Source of the DNA: Candidatus Eiseniibacteriota bacterium
GTDB taxonomy: Bacteria > Eisenbacteria > RBG-16-71-46
Assembly (NCBI GenBank): GCA_963776245.1
Contig: CAVZLN010000008.1
Location: 128,001-192,000, forward strand
Length of the DNA stretch: 64,000 bases
Reading direction: 5' to 3'
Both the position numbers and the translations under genes were made by a program. Below, piece by piece: positions 1-13,007 of the stretch (the first letter of the stretch is position 1; the number at the start of each line of letters is the position of its first letter). The notes under the pieces are model-generated. The model was not told the DNA's origin. It saw only the letters and a program-made list of their open reading frames with translations, and ran no database searches.

Positions 1-1
1 A

Positions 2-124
2 GTGATCGAAGCCCAGGCGTCGCTGCTGCGCGCGCGCGACGCGGTGATCGACGCGCGCACGGCGGTGGCGCTCGCGCGGGTCGCGCTCGCGCGCGCGGCC
101 GGCGCCGCCCGCACCATGAGGTGA
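2..124 (+). CDS. 3' end of a probable TolC-family outer-membrane efflux protein (partial)
   Basis: Frame 2 reads VIEAQASLLRARDAVIDARTAVALARVALARAAG...*, an amphipathic helix typical of OEP C-termini. It lies directly upstream of an HlyD gene. Confidence 0.55.
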   Translation: MIEAQASLLRARDAVIDARTAVALARVALARAAGAARTMR

Positions 125-133
125 GGAGACGAC

Positions 134-1200
134 ATGACCACGGGATCCGAGAGCACGCCATCCGAGGAGCCGGTCCGCCGCCGGTCGCGTCGCCCGATCG
201 TCTTCGCGGTCCTGGCGCTGGTCGTGATCGTCGCCGGGGTGGTAGGGGTCCGCCGCTGGGCCCTCGCGCGGACCCACGTGACCACCGACAACGCCCAGGT
301 CGAGGGGCACGTGATCCCGATCCTGACCCGCGTCGTGGGATTCGTCGCCGCGGTGGCGGTGGACGAGAACCAGGCCGTGCGCGCCGGGCAGCTCCTGGTG
401 CGGATCGACGACCGCGATCTGCGTGCGCGGCTCGAACAGACCGAGGGCGATCTCGCCAACGCGCTCGCGGTGGCGGGCGCCGGCGGCTCCCCGGGCAGGC
501 GGCCGCGCAGTTGCAGGCGGCGCGGTCCGCGGTGACGCAGGCCGAGGCCACCGCACGCCGCAGCGAGGACGATCTGCGGCGCTACCGCACGCTGGTCGAG
601 CGCGGGATCGTGAGCCGCCAGCAGCTCGACGCCGCGGAGACCGGCGCCGCCGCCGCGCAGGCCGCGCTGCAGGCGGCACGCGACCAGGTGCAGGCCGCGC
701 AGGCGGGGCTGCGCGGTGCCGGGAGCCGGGCGGAGGCGGCGCGCGCGGCGCGGGACCAGGCGGCGCTCATGCTCTCGTACGCCCGCATCACCGCCCCGGT
801 GGACGGCGTGGTGAGCCGCCGATCGGTGGAGGTGGGGCAGCTCGTCCAGGCCGGGCAGCCGCTCATGAGCGTGGTGCCGCTCCAGGACATCTGGGTGGTC
901 GCCAACCTCAAGGAGACCGAGGTGAAGGACGTCGAGCACGGCGATCCGGTGGAGATCACGGTGGACTCCTATCCGGGCCGGAAGTTCCGCGGCCACGTCG
1001 AGAGCCTGAGCCCCGCCACCGGGGCGCGCTTCTCGCTGCTGCCGCCCGACAACGCGACCGGCAACTTCACCAAGGTGGTCCAGCGCATCCCGGTGCGCAT
1101 CCGCGTCGAGGCCGGCGGGGACACGCTCCATCCGCTGCGCCCCGGCATGAGCGTGCGCGTGGTGGTGGACACCGCTCCGCCCCCCGCGACCGCACGCTGA
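134..1200 (+). CDS. HlyD/EmrA-family efflux periplasmic adaptor (one frameshift near 495)
   Basis: The N-terminal TM and TDNAQVEGHV are in ORF 134..535. The C-terminal ITAPVDGVV...FSLLPPDNATGNFTKVVQRIPVRI is in ORF 121..1200. Confidence 0.92.
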
Positions 1201-1263
1201 CACCCGGGCGCGCCCGCGATGAGCGGGGCGATGCCGGCCGCGCCCCGCGCCGGTTCATGCGAA

Positions 1264-1292
1264 GGGCCGGGAGCCTCGATGGCTCCCGGCCC
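1264..1292. terminator. Perfect 12-bp hairpin between convergent genes
   Basis: GGGCCGGGAGCC-TCGAT-GGCTCCCGGCCC, with no U-tract. Confidence 0.5.
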
Positions 1293-1318
1293 TCGCCCAT
1301 CCCGCGCCGCGGCGCGCT

Positions 1319-3128
1319 TCAGACCGCCGCGCTGGTCTTGGCCCCCGCCAGGCGCTTCTCGAGGCCAGCCAGCTCGTCCTTCAGCCCCTGCGGCAGCTTG
1401 GCCGCCGAACTTCTCGTAGTGCTTGCGCATCAGCGGCAGCTCGGCGCTCCAGCCCTCCACGTCCACCTTGAGCAGTTCGGCCAGCGCCGCCTGCGGCACG
1501 TCGAGCCCCGCGAGGTCCAGCGCGCCCGGCGCGGGCAGCCGGCCGATCGGCGTGTCCACCGCCTTGGCCGCGCCGGTGACGCGCTCGAACACCCACTTGA
1601 GCACGCGGCTGTTCTCGCCGTAGCCCGGCCACAGGAACTTGCCCGTCGGCGCTCTTGCGGAACCAGTTCACGTGGAAGATGCGCGGCAGCTTCGCCGCGT
1701 CCGCCTTCGCGCCGGTCGCCAGCCAGTGCCCGAAGTAGTCGCCCATGTGGTAGCCGCAGAACGGCAGCATGGCGAACGGGTCGAAGCGCAGCGCGCCCAC
1801 GGCGCCCGCGGCGGCGGCGGTCGTCTCGCTGCTCATGATCGAGCCGAGGAACGTGCCGTGCTGCCACGACAGCGCCTCGTTCACCAGCGGCACCACGGTG
1901 GCGCGGCGGCCGCCGAACAGGATGGCCGAGATCGGCACGCCCTTCGGGTCCTCCCACTCGGGTCGCGATCACCGGGCACTGGCGCGCGGGCGCGCAGAAG
2001 CGCGCGTTCGGGTGCGCGGCCTTGCGTCCGCTCTGCGGGGTCCACGGGCGGCGCAGCCAGTCGATGGCCTCGGCGGGCGGCGGTCCCATCTCCTCCCACC
2101 ACACGTCGCCGTCGGGCGTGATGGCGCAGTTGGTGAAGATCGTGTTCTTCTCGATCGTGCGCATGGCGTTCGGGTTGCTCTTGATGCTGGTGCCGGGCGC
2201 CACGCCGAAGAAGCCGGCCTCGGGGTTGATGGCGTAGAGCCGGCCGTCGGCCCCGAACTTCATCCACGCGATGTCGTCGCCGATGGTCTCGACCTTCCAG
2301 CCGGGCAGCGTCGGGTTGAGCATGGCGAGGTTGGTCTTGCCGCACGCCGACGGGAACGCGGCGGCGATGTAGATCTTCTTCCCCGCCGGGTCGGTGATGC
2401 CGAGGATGAGCATGTGCTCGGCCATCCAGCCCTCGTCGCGCGCCTGCACCGAGGCGATGCGCAGCGCGTGGCACTTCTTGCCGAGCAGCGCGTTGCCGCC
2501 GTAGCCCGAGCCGTACGACCAGATCTCGCGCGTCTCGGGAAAATGACAGATGTACTTGGTCGTGGCGTTGCACGGCCACGGCGAGTCGGACTGCGGTGCC
2601 GTCGAGCGGGGCGCCCACCGAGTGCAGGCCGCGCACGAACTCGCCCGCGGCGCCCAGCACCTCGAGCACCTGGGCGCCCACGCGCGCCATCACGTGCATG
2701 TTGGCGACCACGTAGGGCGAGTCGGTGATCTCCACGCCGATGCGCGCGATCGGCGAGCCGATCGGACCCATGCTGTAGGGGATCACGTACATCGTGCGCC
2801 CCTTCATCGCGCCGGTGAACAGCCCGTGGAGGGTGTCCTTCACCTCGGCCGGGTCGCGCCAGTTGTTGGTCGGGCCGGCGTCCTCGCGGTGCTTCGAGCA
2901 GATGAAGGTGAACTCCTCGACGCGCGCGACATCCGCGGGGTCGGAGCGCACGAACACGCTGTTGGGGCGCTTCACCGGGTCGAGCCACGTCGCGGTGCCG
3001 GACTGCACCATGATGCGGAGCATGTCCTGGTACTCGCGCTCGGAGCCGTCACACCACACCACCCGGTCGGGCTGGCACATCGCGGCCATGTCCTTCACCC
3101 AGGCTTCGAGGACCTTGTTGTTCGTCAT
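1319..3128 (-). CDS. pckG: GTP-dependent phosphoenolpyruvate carboxykinase (4 frameshifts near 2595, 1963, 1641, 1400)
   Basis: Consecutive ORF pieces give [77 protein letters not shown] and VNWFRK. Confidence 0.95.
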
Positions 3129-3442
3129 CGTGTCCGCCTCATCGGCCAGCGGGCTCTCGGCCGGCTGGCGGGCAAGCGCTCGCGGCGGGTCCGGCCGTTC
3201 GCGCGCTGTGGAAAGGGGGTCAGGTTGAAGTGACGGTACAGATAACTCGACCTTGCGGCGCGCTTCAAGGACGGAAATGCAGGCCGCGCCCGTCCGCGCC
3301 CAGCGCGGCTCCAACGCTCCCCGGGCACGGCGCCGGAGCGGGCGAACGCAGTCGCCCGTCACGACTTCGCGGTGATGCGGCGGCCGCGCCCGGCCGATAG
3401 AACGGGAAACGAGTCCCCCGTCCGAGCCCTTCCGGAGACCTC

Positions 3443-4081
3443 ATGAACACGCTCACCGTCGCCCTCGCCGCGGCTTTGGTGTCGTTCGTCCTCGTCCCGC
3501 TGCTGCTGCGCGCGCTGCTCGGAGCATGGCTCGGTCGCGCCGTCGGTGCGCACGCCTTGGCGCGCCAGAGCGACACCATCCAGCTCATCCCCGCCACCCC
3601 GGGCGTATGGAAGGACCCCGGCGCGCAGGCGCGGCTGGCCGCGGCGCTCGAGGCCGCGGGCTTCCGCGACGCGGGCACCTTCACCATCGTCGAGATGCCC
3701 GGCGTGGCGGTCCGCCTGCTCGCCCACCCGGGCGAATCGTGGCTCGCCGCGACCTACGAGCACCCGGCGACCGGCCCCTGGCTGGACTGCACGTGCTACT
3801 ACCAGGACGGCACCGCCGCGACGTTCTCGACCCTGACCGCGACCGGGCTCGACCCGCGCCCGGGCTTCGTGCGCGTGAACGCGCCGGGGCTCGACCCGGC
3901 GGCGCTCCTGGCGCGCGCCCGCGCCGAGCGTCCGTCGCGTGCGCTGCGCCCGGCGAGTGTGGCTAGTGCCGCGCGCGACTTCGAGCGCGCCTACGCCGAG
4001 GAGATCGCGTGGCGCAAGGGCCGCGGCGTCAGCGCGCGCGAGGTCGCGGCGGTCGCGGAGCGGATGAAGCGCTCCGCCTGA
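3443..4081 (+). CDS. Hypothetical membrane-anchored protein
   Basis: GGAG RBS, N-terminal hydrophobic segment, host-like codon usage. Confidence 0.7.
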   Translation: MNTLTVALAAALVSFVLVPLLLRALLGAWLGRAVGAHALARQSDTIQLIPATPGVWKDPGAQARLAAALEAAGFRDAGTFTIVEMPGVAVRLLAHPGESWLAATYEHPATGPWLDCTCYYQDGTAATFSTLTATGLDPRPGFVRVNAPGLDPAALLARARAERPSRALRPASVASAARDFERAYAEEIAWRKGRGVSAREVAAVAERMKRSA

Positions 4082-4418
4082 CCGCGGCGCGCGGCCGCCA
4101 GCCGTAGCGCTCGAGGTCCACGCGCCCGCGCGCGTCGAAGCCCACGCCCTCGCGCTCGAGCCGCAGCCGCTGGGTGATCCCCGCGCCGCTCGGCGAGCGC
4201 ATCAGCGAGAGCCGTCCGCCCGCGCCCAGCACGCGATGCCAGGGGAGCGCGGATCCCTCCGGCAGCGCGTGGAGCGCGTACCCCGCGAGCCGCGCGTGGC
4301 GCGGCAACCCGGCGAGTGCGGCGACCTGGCCGTAGGTGGCGACGCGGCCGCGCGGGATGCGGCGCACCACCGCGTGGATGAGGGAGTGGGACGACACGCG
4401 ACGGGGCGCGCGCGGCAT
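4029..4418 (-). CDS. Alkyltransferase-like (ATL/YbaZ-type) MGMT-family DNA-binding protein
   Basis: IPRGRVATYGQVA motif, with PWHRV in place of the catalytic PCHRV. Confidence 0.9.
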   Translation of the reverse strand: MPRAPRRVSSHSLIHAVVRRIPRGRVATYGQVAALAGLPRHARLAGYALHALPEGSALPWHRVLGAGGRLSLMRSPSGAGITQRLRLEREGVGFDARGRVDLERYGWRPRAAVRRSASSAPRPPRPRAR

Positions 4419-4422
4419 GCGG

Positions 4423-6327
4423 TCACGACCCCGGGCGCACGGTGAACAGCCAGAACCCGGCCACGTGAGCGGCGGGCACCGCCAGCCGCTCGAGCACCGC
4501 GGGCAGCGGCACGGTGTCGTCCCACACCACGTACCTCACCCGTGACGCGGCGGACACGAGCTGCTCGCCCGATGGCCGCAGCAGGATGATCTCGCGGTGG
4601 CCGAGCGGCAGGGAGAGCTGGCCCATCAGCATGATCTTCTGCAGGTGGAGGGGCCCCACCGCCACCGCGTCGTCAGCCGCGAGCATCCGGTCGAACTCGG
4701 TGTGCCGCATCTCGGCGAACAGGTAACTGGTCGGCCACTTCCAGTTCCGCGCCGCGAGGACCGCCCCGGGTTGCGAACGGAACGACCCCTGGCCCGGATA
4801 GGACTGCCGTCCGATCACCGCCAGGCTCACACCCGCCTCGAGCACCAGCGCGCCCACGCACGCCCACAGCCAGACGCGCGCCAGCCAGCGCGCGCGCCCC
4901 GCCGCGGACGCGCGGTCGAACATCAGCGCGAGACAGGGCGATCCCAGTCCGTAGATCCACGTCGTGTAGCGCGCCCACCAGTTCATCGGGGTGCTCGCGA
5001 AGATCACCGCCACCGCGGCGGACAGCAGCACGATGGGCAGCAGCTCGCGCGGGCGCGGCGCGCTCCCGAAGTACCGCCGCAGCGTGAGTCCGAGCGCCGG
5101 CAGGCAGCCCAGGAGCCACAGGAAGCCCATACCCCCTTCGCGGCTGTCCACCCCGAGGGTGCTCTTGGGCCAATGTCCGAGCCCCTGCGTCCACGTGTAC
5201 GCGACCCGCACGACGTTGGGCCAGGCCCGCATCTTCCGCGGCGTGTTGGCCACCACGTAGATGCTGCTGTCCACGGACACCCCGGGGAACACCACGTGGC
5301 GGCCGACCGTCAGGCCGATCGGGTAGGTCGGGCTGCCGGTGTGCGCGTAATTGCGCGCGTACCAGAAGCCGCCCGTTCCGCACGCCAGCAAGAAGCTGAG
5401 CGCGAGGGCGCCGAGCGCCGCGCGGGAACGGAGGCGCCGCGCGGCCGCGCCGGCCGCGCCCGACTTCGCGAGCGCGACAGTCGCGAGCAGCGCGAAGACG
5501 ATCACGCTCGCCACCAGGCCCGCGCCCTTGGCCGCGATGGACAGACCCACCGCGCCGCCGAGCGTGAGCACCGCCCCCCACGGCAGTCCCCCGCCCGCGA
5601 GGAGCGCCTCGAGGACGAAGAACGCGGCCGCGATCACGGCGACCATGCACGCGGCGTATCCCGCGTCCACGTACGTGGTCACCGCCTGATGCATGTGGGT
5701 CGGGACGAGCACGAACGCGCAGCCCGCGAACAGCGCCATCGGTCCCGAAGCGCGCAGCGCCCGCGCCATGTAGACGATGCCGAGCACGCCGAGCGGCAGG
5801 AAGAGCAGGTTCGCCGCGGTCACGAGATGGCTGTTCCGCAGCGCCCGCACCACCACGAACGCCATCAGCTCGATGCCCTTGGGGTAGCCGTTCATGATGT
5901 GGCTGACGGTCGAGGTCTGCTCCAGCCAGTGGACGTATCCGCGCCGGGCCCAGAAGCTCATGGTCGGGATGTGGTAGCCGTTGCCGTCCCACGACAGATC
6001 CGGCCGGACGTACGCGCACACCCCGAGCACCAGGTAGGTTCCGACCGCGAACAGCGTCGCCGCCATCACCGGCCGGCAGACCACCGGAGTCGTTACTTCT
6101 GCGGGCGGTGCGGCCGCGCTCCCCTTCCAGCACCACGCGTCGCTCGCCCACGCGGTGAACGCGGCAGCGAGGAGGATGCCGAGGGCCACGCCCTGGCCGA
6201 TGCCGACTCGCGCGACACTGAGCGAGAGGGCGAGGATCTGCACCGCGGCCAGGAACACCACGTAGTCCGAGAGCGCCCGGAACCAGGCCCCGGCGGGGAG
6301 TGCCGACAAGCGTCGATGGAGGCCCAT
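4423..6327 (-). CDS. Polytopic membrane protein, GT-C-like glycosyltransferase
   Basis: Many TM helices; WDGNGYH, YPKG, TYVD and WYARNY...GSPTYP motifs as seen in ArnT/PMT-like proteins. Confidence 0.65.
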   Translation of the reverse strand: MGLHRRLSALPAGAWFRALSDYVVFLAAVQILALSLSVARVGIGQGVALGILLAAAFTAWASDAWCWKGSAAAPPAEVTTPVVCRPVMAATLFAVGTYLVLGVCAYVRPDLSWDGNGYHIPTMSFWARRGYVHWLEQTSTVSHIMNGYPKGIELMAFVVVRALRNSHLVTAANLLFLPLGVLGIVYMARALRASGPMALFAGCAFVLVPTHMHQAVTTYVDAGYAACMVAVIAAAFFVLEALLAGGGLPWGAVLTLGGAVGLSIAAKGAGLVASVIVFALLATVALAKSGAAGAAARRLRSRAALGALALSFLLACGTGGFWYARNYAHTGSPTYPIGLTVGRHVVFPGVSVDSSIYVVANTPRKMRAWPNVVRVAYTWTQGLGHWPKSTLGVDSREGGMGFLWLLGCLPALGLTLRRYFGSAPRPRELLPIVLLSAAVAVIFASTPMNWWARYTTWIYGLGSPCLALMFDRASAAGRARWLARVWLWACVGALVLEAGVSLAVIGRQSYPGQGSFRSQPGAVLAARNWKWPTSYLFAEMRHTEFDRMLAADDAVAVGPLHLQKIMLMGQLSLPLGHREIILLRPSGEQLVSAASRVRYVVWDDTVPLPAVLERLAVPAAHVAGFWLFTVRPGS

Positions 6328-6388
6328 GGTCGGTCGTGTCCTCGGCCTGCGGGTGAGCGGCGATCGTCGCGATCGGGACGCGGCGCGG

Positions 6389-7024
6389 CTAGGGCAGCAG
6401 CCGCGCGCGCTTCAGGCGCGGCATCACGGTCGCGGCGAGTTCGCGGCTCGCCTGCTCGGCGTCCCCCGGGGGCACCATCGCGGTGCGCCCGGCCCACACC
6501 ATGCGACTCTCGCCACGTCCCTCCCAGACTTCGACGTCCCAGCGCACCACGCGCTCGCGCTCGGTGGGACCCCCGTGGTCCAGCCGGCGGGCCATGTCCA
6601 CGTACACGCCCCAGAACGGCACGAACGAACCGCCGATCCCGACCGATCCGGCGCCGCCACGGCGCTCGACCTCGTCCTCGGCGCCCTTGCGCACCGCGAG
6701 CAGGCCGTCGAACCCGCCCTCGTGGAGTTTGACGCGGGCCTCGGCGGTGTCCGGGAAGCTCGTCGGGAACAGCCGGTAGCTCGGGGTCGCCGACACGCCG
6801 CGGGCGATCAGCGCCTGCGCGAACGCGTCCTCCCACAGCCGCCGCCGGACCGGATCGGGCATCGCCGCCATCACCAGCCAGACCCGGTAGCCGGACGGCG
6901 CGATCCCCGCGTCGTGCCACTCGGTGGCGAGCCGCGTGGTGGCACAGCCCGCCGCGCCCGACCCCAGCGCCGCGGCCATCAGCAGGGCGAGCGCGCCGCT
7001 CCCGCGGCGCCGCGCATGGGTCAT
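6389..7024 (-). CDS. Hypothetical lipoprotein
   Basis: GGAGG RBS, signal peptide with AAGC lipobox, RRLWEDAF motif. Confidence 0.7.
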   Translation of the reverse strand: MTHARRRGSGALALLMAAALGSGAAGCATTRLATEWHDAGIAPSGYRVWLVMAAMPDPVRRRLWEDAFAQALIARGVSATPSYRLFPTSFPDTAEARVKLHEGGFDGLLAVRKGAEDEVERRGGAGSVGIGGSFVPFWGVYVDMARRLDHGGPTERERVVRWDVEVWEGRGESRMVWAGRTAMVPPGDAEQASRELAATVMPRLKRARLLP

Positions 7025-7058
7025 GGGTCCGTCCCTCCCGGACTGCGTTCGGGGACCG

Positions 7059-8459
7059 CTACAGCGGGATGGCATCGAGCTTCTTGCGCAGCGCGGCGAG
7101 GGTGGCCTCACTGCGCTGCCCGGCGGGCAGCGCCCGCGCGTACGCGATCGCGTCCTCGAGCGTGCGCCGCGCCGCCTCGCGATCGCCTTTGCCCACCAGC
7201 AGGTCGGCGCGCAACTGGTAGAAGTTGAGCTTGCGCGGGCCGTACGCCTTCGGCATCGCGCGTTCGGTGGCCGCCAGCCCGTCGTCCCAGCGCTTCAGCG
7301 CGCGGTAGGCGGCGGCGAGCCGTGCCGGCGGGTTGTAGTCGTCCGGCAGGTCGCGCTCGGAGGCCTCGAGCATCGGGATCGCGCGCTCGGGCGTGCCCAG
7401 TTCGAGGTAGGCGCTCAGGCGGTGCGAGTCGAACACCGTGCGCTCCGCCGGCGTGGTCGCGCGCGCGGCCTCGCGGTCGAGGTACGCCGACCACGCCTCG
7501 GTGTTGGCGCGCGCGCCGAGCGAGTCGCCGACCGCCTCGAGCGCGCCGCCGACGATGATGAAGAGCCCCGAGCGGTCGTCCGCCGACATCGCCACCGTGG
7601 TGTCGGCGAGCCACGCGCGCGCGGCGGGCAGCAGCGCGGCGATCAGTTCCGCGCGCCGCGGATGCTCCTCGGGCAGGCTCACCGCGCAGTCCAGCCCGCT
7701 GCCGGACACGCTCGCCGCCGAGGTCGAGTGCCCGAGGCGCGCCAGCGCGTCGCGCGCGGTGGTGGCGCACGCTTCGTACTCCCGCATCCGCGTCGAGGCG
7801 TACAGCATGGCCTCGACCGCGCGCGGATAGGGCGTCCAGTCGTCGGGCGCGCGAGCGAGCGCGGCGCCGTAGGCGCGGGCCGCGCTCGAGTCATCGCCCG
7901 CGCCGTACGCCCGGTCGGCGCGCGCGAGCGCGCTGTCGGCCGGAGTGTGCCCGCGCGGCTCGCCACGGCGTCGCACCGCCAGCCGGCCATCCTCGAGGAA
8001 CCGCCGCAACTGGTGCACGGTCATCGATCCCACCCACTTCACGACCACGCTCTGGTCCGCCGGGTCCATGATGTAGAAGGTCGGCAGCGCCGTGTTCGCG
8101 AGCGGCTTCCTGCGGTACGGCGCGTTGACCGCCTTCTCCAGGTCGAGCTCGAGCCAGACGAACCGTCCGGCTTGCCCCGCGAGCGCCTCATCGGTGAAGA
8201 CGAAGGCCCTCATGGAGCGGCACGAGTGTCACCACGGGGCCCAGGCTTCGACGAACACCGGCAGTTTGCGCTGCTTCGCCAGCGCCATCGCGCGGGTCCA
8301 GTCGTCGTGGATGAACGGCAGCACCATGCGCGGCGCCGGGGCGCCGGGCCGCGCGGGTGAGGCGGAGGCGAACGCGGTGGTCGCCGCGTGCGCGGAAGCG
8401 CCGGCCGCGAGCATCACGGCGAGCGCCAGGGCGGGCACTGCGATGCGGTGGTGAGCCAT
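7059..8459 (-). CDS. Exported thioredoxin-like + TPR protein with in-frame UGA (UxxC); candidate selenoprotein
   Basis: ORFs 8229..8684 and 7059..8213 share a frame and join as PVFVEAWAPW-TGA(8229-8231)-HSCRSMRAFVF. Signal peptide starts at ATG 8459. Confidence 0.8.
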
Positions 8460-8580
8460 GCGCGCGAGGCTAGCAGAGCCGCGCGGCGCGGCCAAAGGCG
8501 ATCGGGAACGAGCAACCGGGCGCGTCCTCGGGTCTTCCGTGCGCGGTACCCCGCGCGGCGCCCCCGAACCTGCCCGCGAC

Positions 8581-8976
8581 TCAGCCCACCGGCTCGCTGC
8601 CGTGGTACTGGTGCCAGCGCCATTCGCCGGCGTGACGCACCAGAACGCCGGTGATGCGGTAACGCCCGCGGGCGACCGTGCCATCGATGTGGGTCATCAC
8701 CATGTCGCCATCCGCGAACAGCCACGCGACCTCCCCGCGCACCTCGACCTCGCGCCGGGTCCACTCCCAGCGGTAGCGCACCCGGCGGTCGTAGAGGCGG
8801 CGGAAGAACGCCTCGAGCGCAGCGGGGCCGATGTGGACCTCGGCGGCCTCCGAGCCGATCAGCGTGACGCCCGCGCCGGGCGCGAACAGCGCGAGCGTGG
8901 CCGCGAGATCGGCGGCCGAGACCGCCGCGGCCCAGCGTTCGAGCGCCTCGAGCACGTGCGCGCGCGGGTCGCTCAC
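8581..8976 (-). CDS. NTF2/SnoaL-like fold protein
   Basis: VTLIGSEAAE...GEVAWLFA...RITGVLVRHAGEWRWHQYHGSEP. The GTG start overlaps the upstream stop. Confidence 0.8.
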   Translation of the reverse strand: MSDPRAHVLEALERWAAAVSAADLAATLALFAPGAGVTLIGSEAAEVHIGPAALEAFFRRLYDRRVRYRWEWTRREVEVRGEVAWLFADGDMVMTHIDGTVARGRYRITGVLVRHAGEWRWHQYHGSEPVG

Positions 8977-10551
8977 GCGTCCCCCGCCGGCTGATGCTCG
9001 GGGCGCAGCAGGTCCTCGACGGTCTTGACCGGCGTGAACACCTCGATCGGCAGCTCCACGAAGCGCGTCAGCCAGCCCGCCATCGCGCCGTTCCACAGGC
9101 CCGGGCGCTCGAGAGCGATCAGCTCGCGCCCGCCCGCGCTCTTGCGCGCGAGGATCACCGCGTCCGGGTCCACGAAGCGCGCCAGCTCGTGGGCCTCGCC
9201 TCTCCCATCGCGCACCGCGCACACCATGAAGAACCGGATTGAAGTGGGTCGCGCCGCGCACCACCGCCAGTTGCGCGGCCGAGGCCGGATCCACCTCGGC
9301 CCCTTCCACCACCTGCGGGCGCACCACGCCATCGCGCCCGCGCACCCAGAACGGGCCGCCGCCCGGCTCGCCGGTGTTGGGCACCATGCCGCACACGCGC
9401 AGCGGGCGGTCGAGCAGCGCGCGCCATGCCGCGCGGCGATCGGGCGCCGCGTCGAGGCCCGGCGCCAGGCCGAGCGCCTCCCGGGCGAAGCCCTCGGCCG
9501 CGACGCACGCGCCCCCATCGCCCGTGTCCGCCAGCCGCGCGAGCAGATCCCGCACCGCCTCCTCGGTCTCGAGCGCGAGCCCGCACAGAACCGCCCACGC
9601 GTGGAGCGTCGCCGCGCGCTGGCCGTCGGGCTGCACATTGTCGATGTTCTTCACCTGCACCAGATCGCCACCCAGCGCCGCCAGATTGCCGATCAGCGCG
9701 CCATGCCCGGCGGGGCGGAACAGCAGCGCGCCCCGCTCGTCGCGGAACGGCCGGCCGTCGGCATCGAGCGCCAGCGTGTCGGTGGCGGGCGACTGCGCGG
9801 AGAACGTCACCTCGAAGCTCGCGTGATGGCGCGCGCCCACGCGCGGCGCGCACCCGGCGAGCAGCGCGTCGAAGCCCGCGCGGTGCTCCGAGCTCACGGT
9901 GAAGTGGGCGCGACACCGGCCCTCGGCATCGCGAGCGCCGACGGCCGCCTCTTCGAGCTGCTCCTCGAACGCGGTGCGCGGGCCGTCCGCCTCCCGATGG
10001 AAGGCGAGGAGCCCCTTCGGACGCTCGGCGTACCCCAGCCCGGCCGGCCCCAGCAACGCCTCGAGCAGGGGCTCCACCGGCCCCGACGCCGCGAGGCCAT
10101 CGGGGTCGTGGCCCGCGCGCGCCACCACGTGCGCGAGCGCGTCGCGGAACGCGAACCGCGGCAGCCCGCGCAGGAACGCCTGCACCGCGATCGCCTCGGC
10201 GTCGCCGGCCGCCGCCGCGGAGTCGAGCGCCGCGCGCGAGGTCGCGCCCCCGCGCCCGCGCCACGCCAGCAGGTCCCGGAACATGCGCGTGGCCGCGCCC
10301 GAGGCCGGCACGAAGCGCGAGACGCGTCCCGCCCGCGTCGCCCGCGCCGCGCGCTCGAGCAGCGCGGGAAGCCGCCCGTCCTCGATGCGCTCGATCCCGT
10401 CGCCCACCGTGCACGGGCGCACCAGGCTCGCGTACGCCGCGGGCGCCGCCAGCAGGCGCAATTGCCGCTCCGCCTCGGCCGCGGTGATCCCGCGCGCCGC
10501 GAGCGCCGCGCGGTCCGCGTCGGTCAGCAAGGAGGAGGGCTGGGAGGCCAT
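8973..10551 (-). CDS. DUF4301-family protein (nucleotidyltransferase-like); frameshift near 9235
   Basis: FVPASGAATRMF, FRPAGHGALI, KNIDNV, RVCGMVPNTGEPGGGPFWV, THFNPV, ALERPGLWNGAM, FTPVKTVEDLLRPEHQ. Confidence 0.88.
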
Positions 10552-10643
10552 GAGCGCAGGATAGAGACAGCGCGAGCGCCGCGGCAAGCCGCAGGGACGC
10601 GGGATGCCCGGTGAGCAGCCGCGGGGCGGTCGCGCACAAACCG

Positions 10644-10673
10644 TTGACGCGTCGGCACGCGCGCGCCTAGAGT
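10644..10673 (+). promoter_or_regulatory. Sigma-70-type promoter for the OPT gene
   Basis: TTGACG-18 nt-TAGAGT, followed by an AGGAGGAG RBS before GTG 10722. Confidence 0.5.
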
Positions 10674-10721
10674 CGCCGCGCAATCCCCACGCCGCATCCG
10701 CCGCGATCCGAGGAGGAGTAC

Positions 10722-13002
<2,281 letters not shown>

Positions 13003-13007
13003 CCGCG

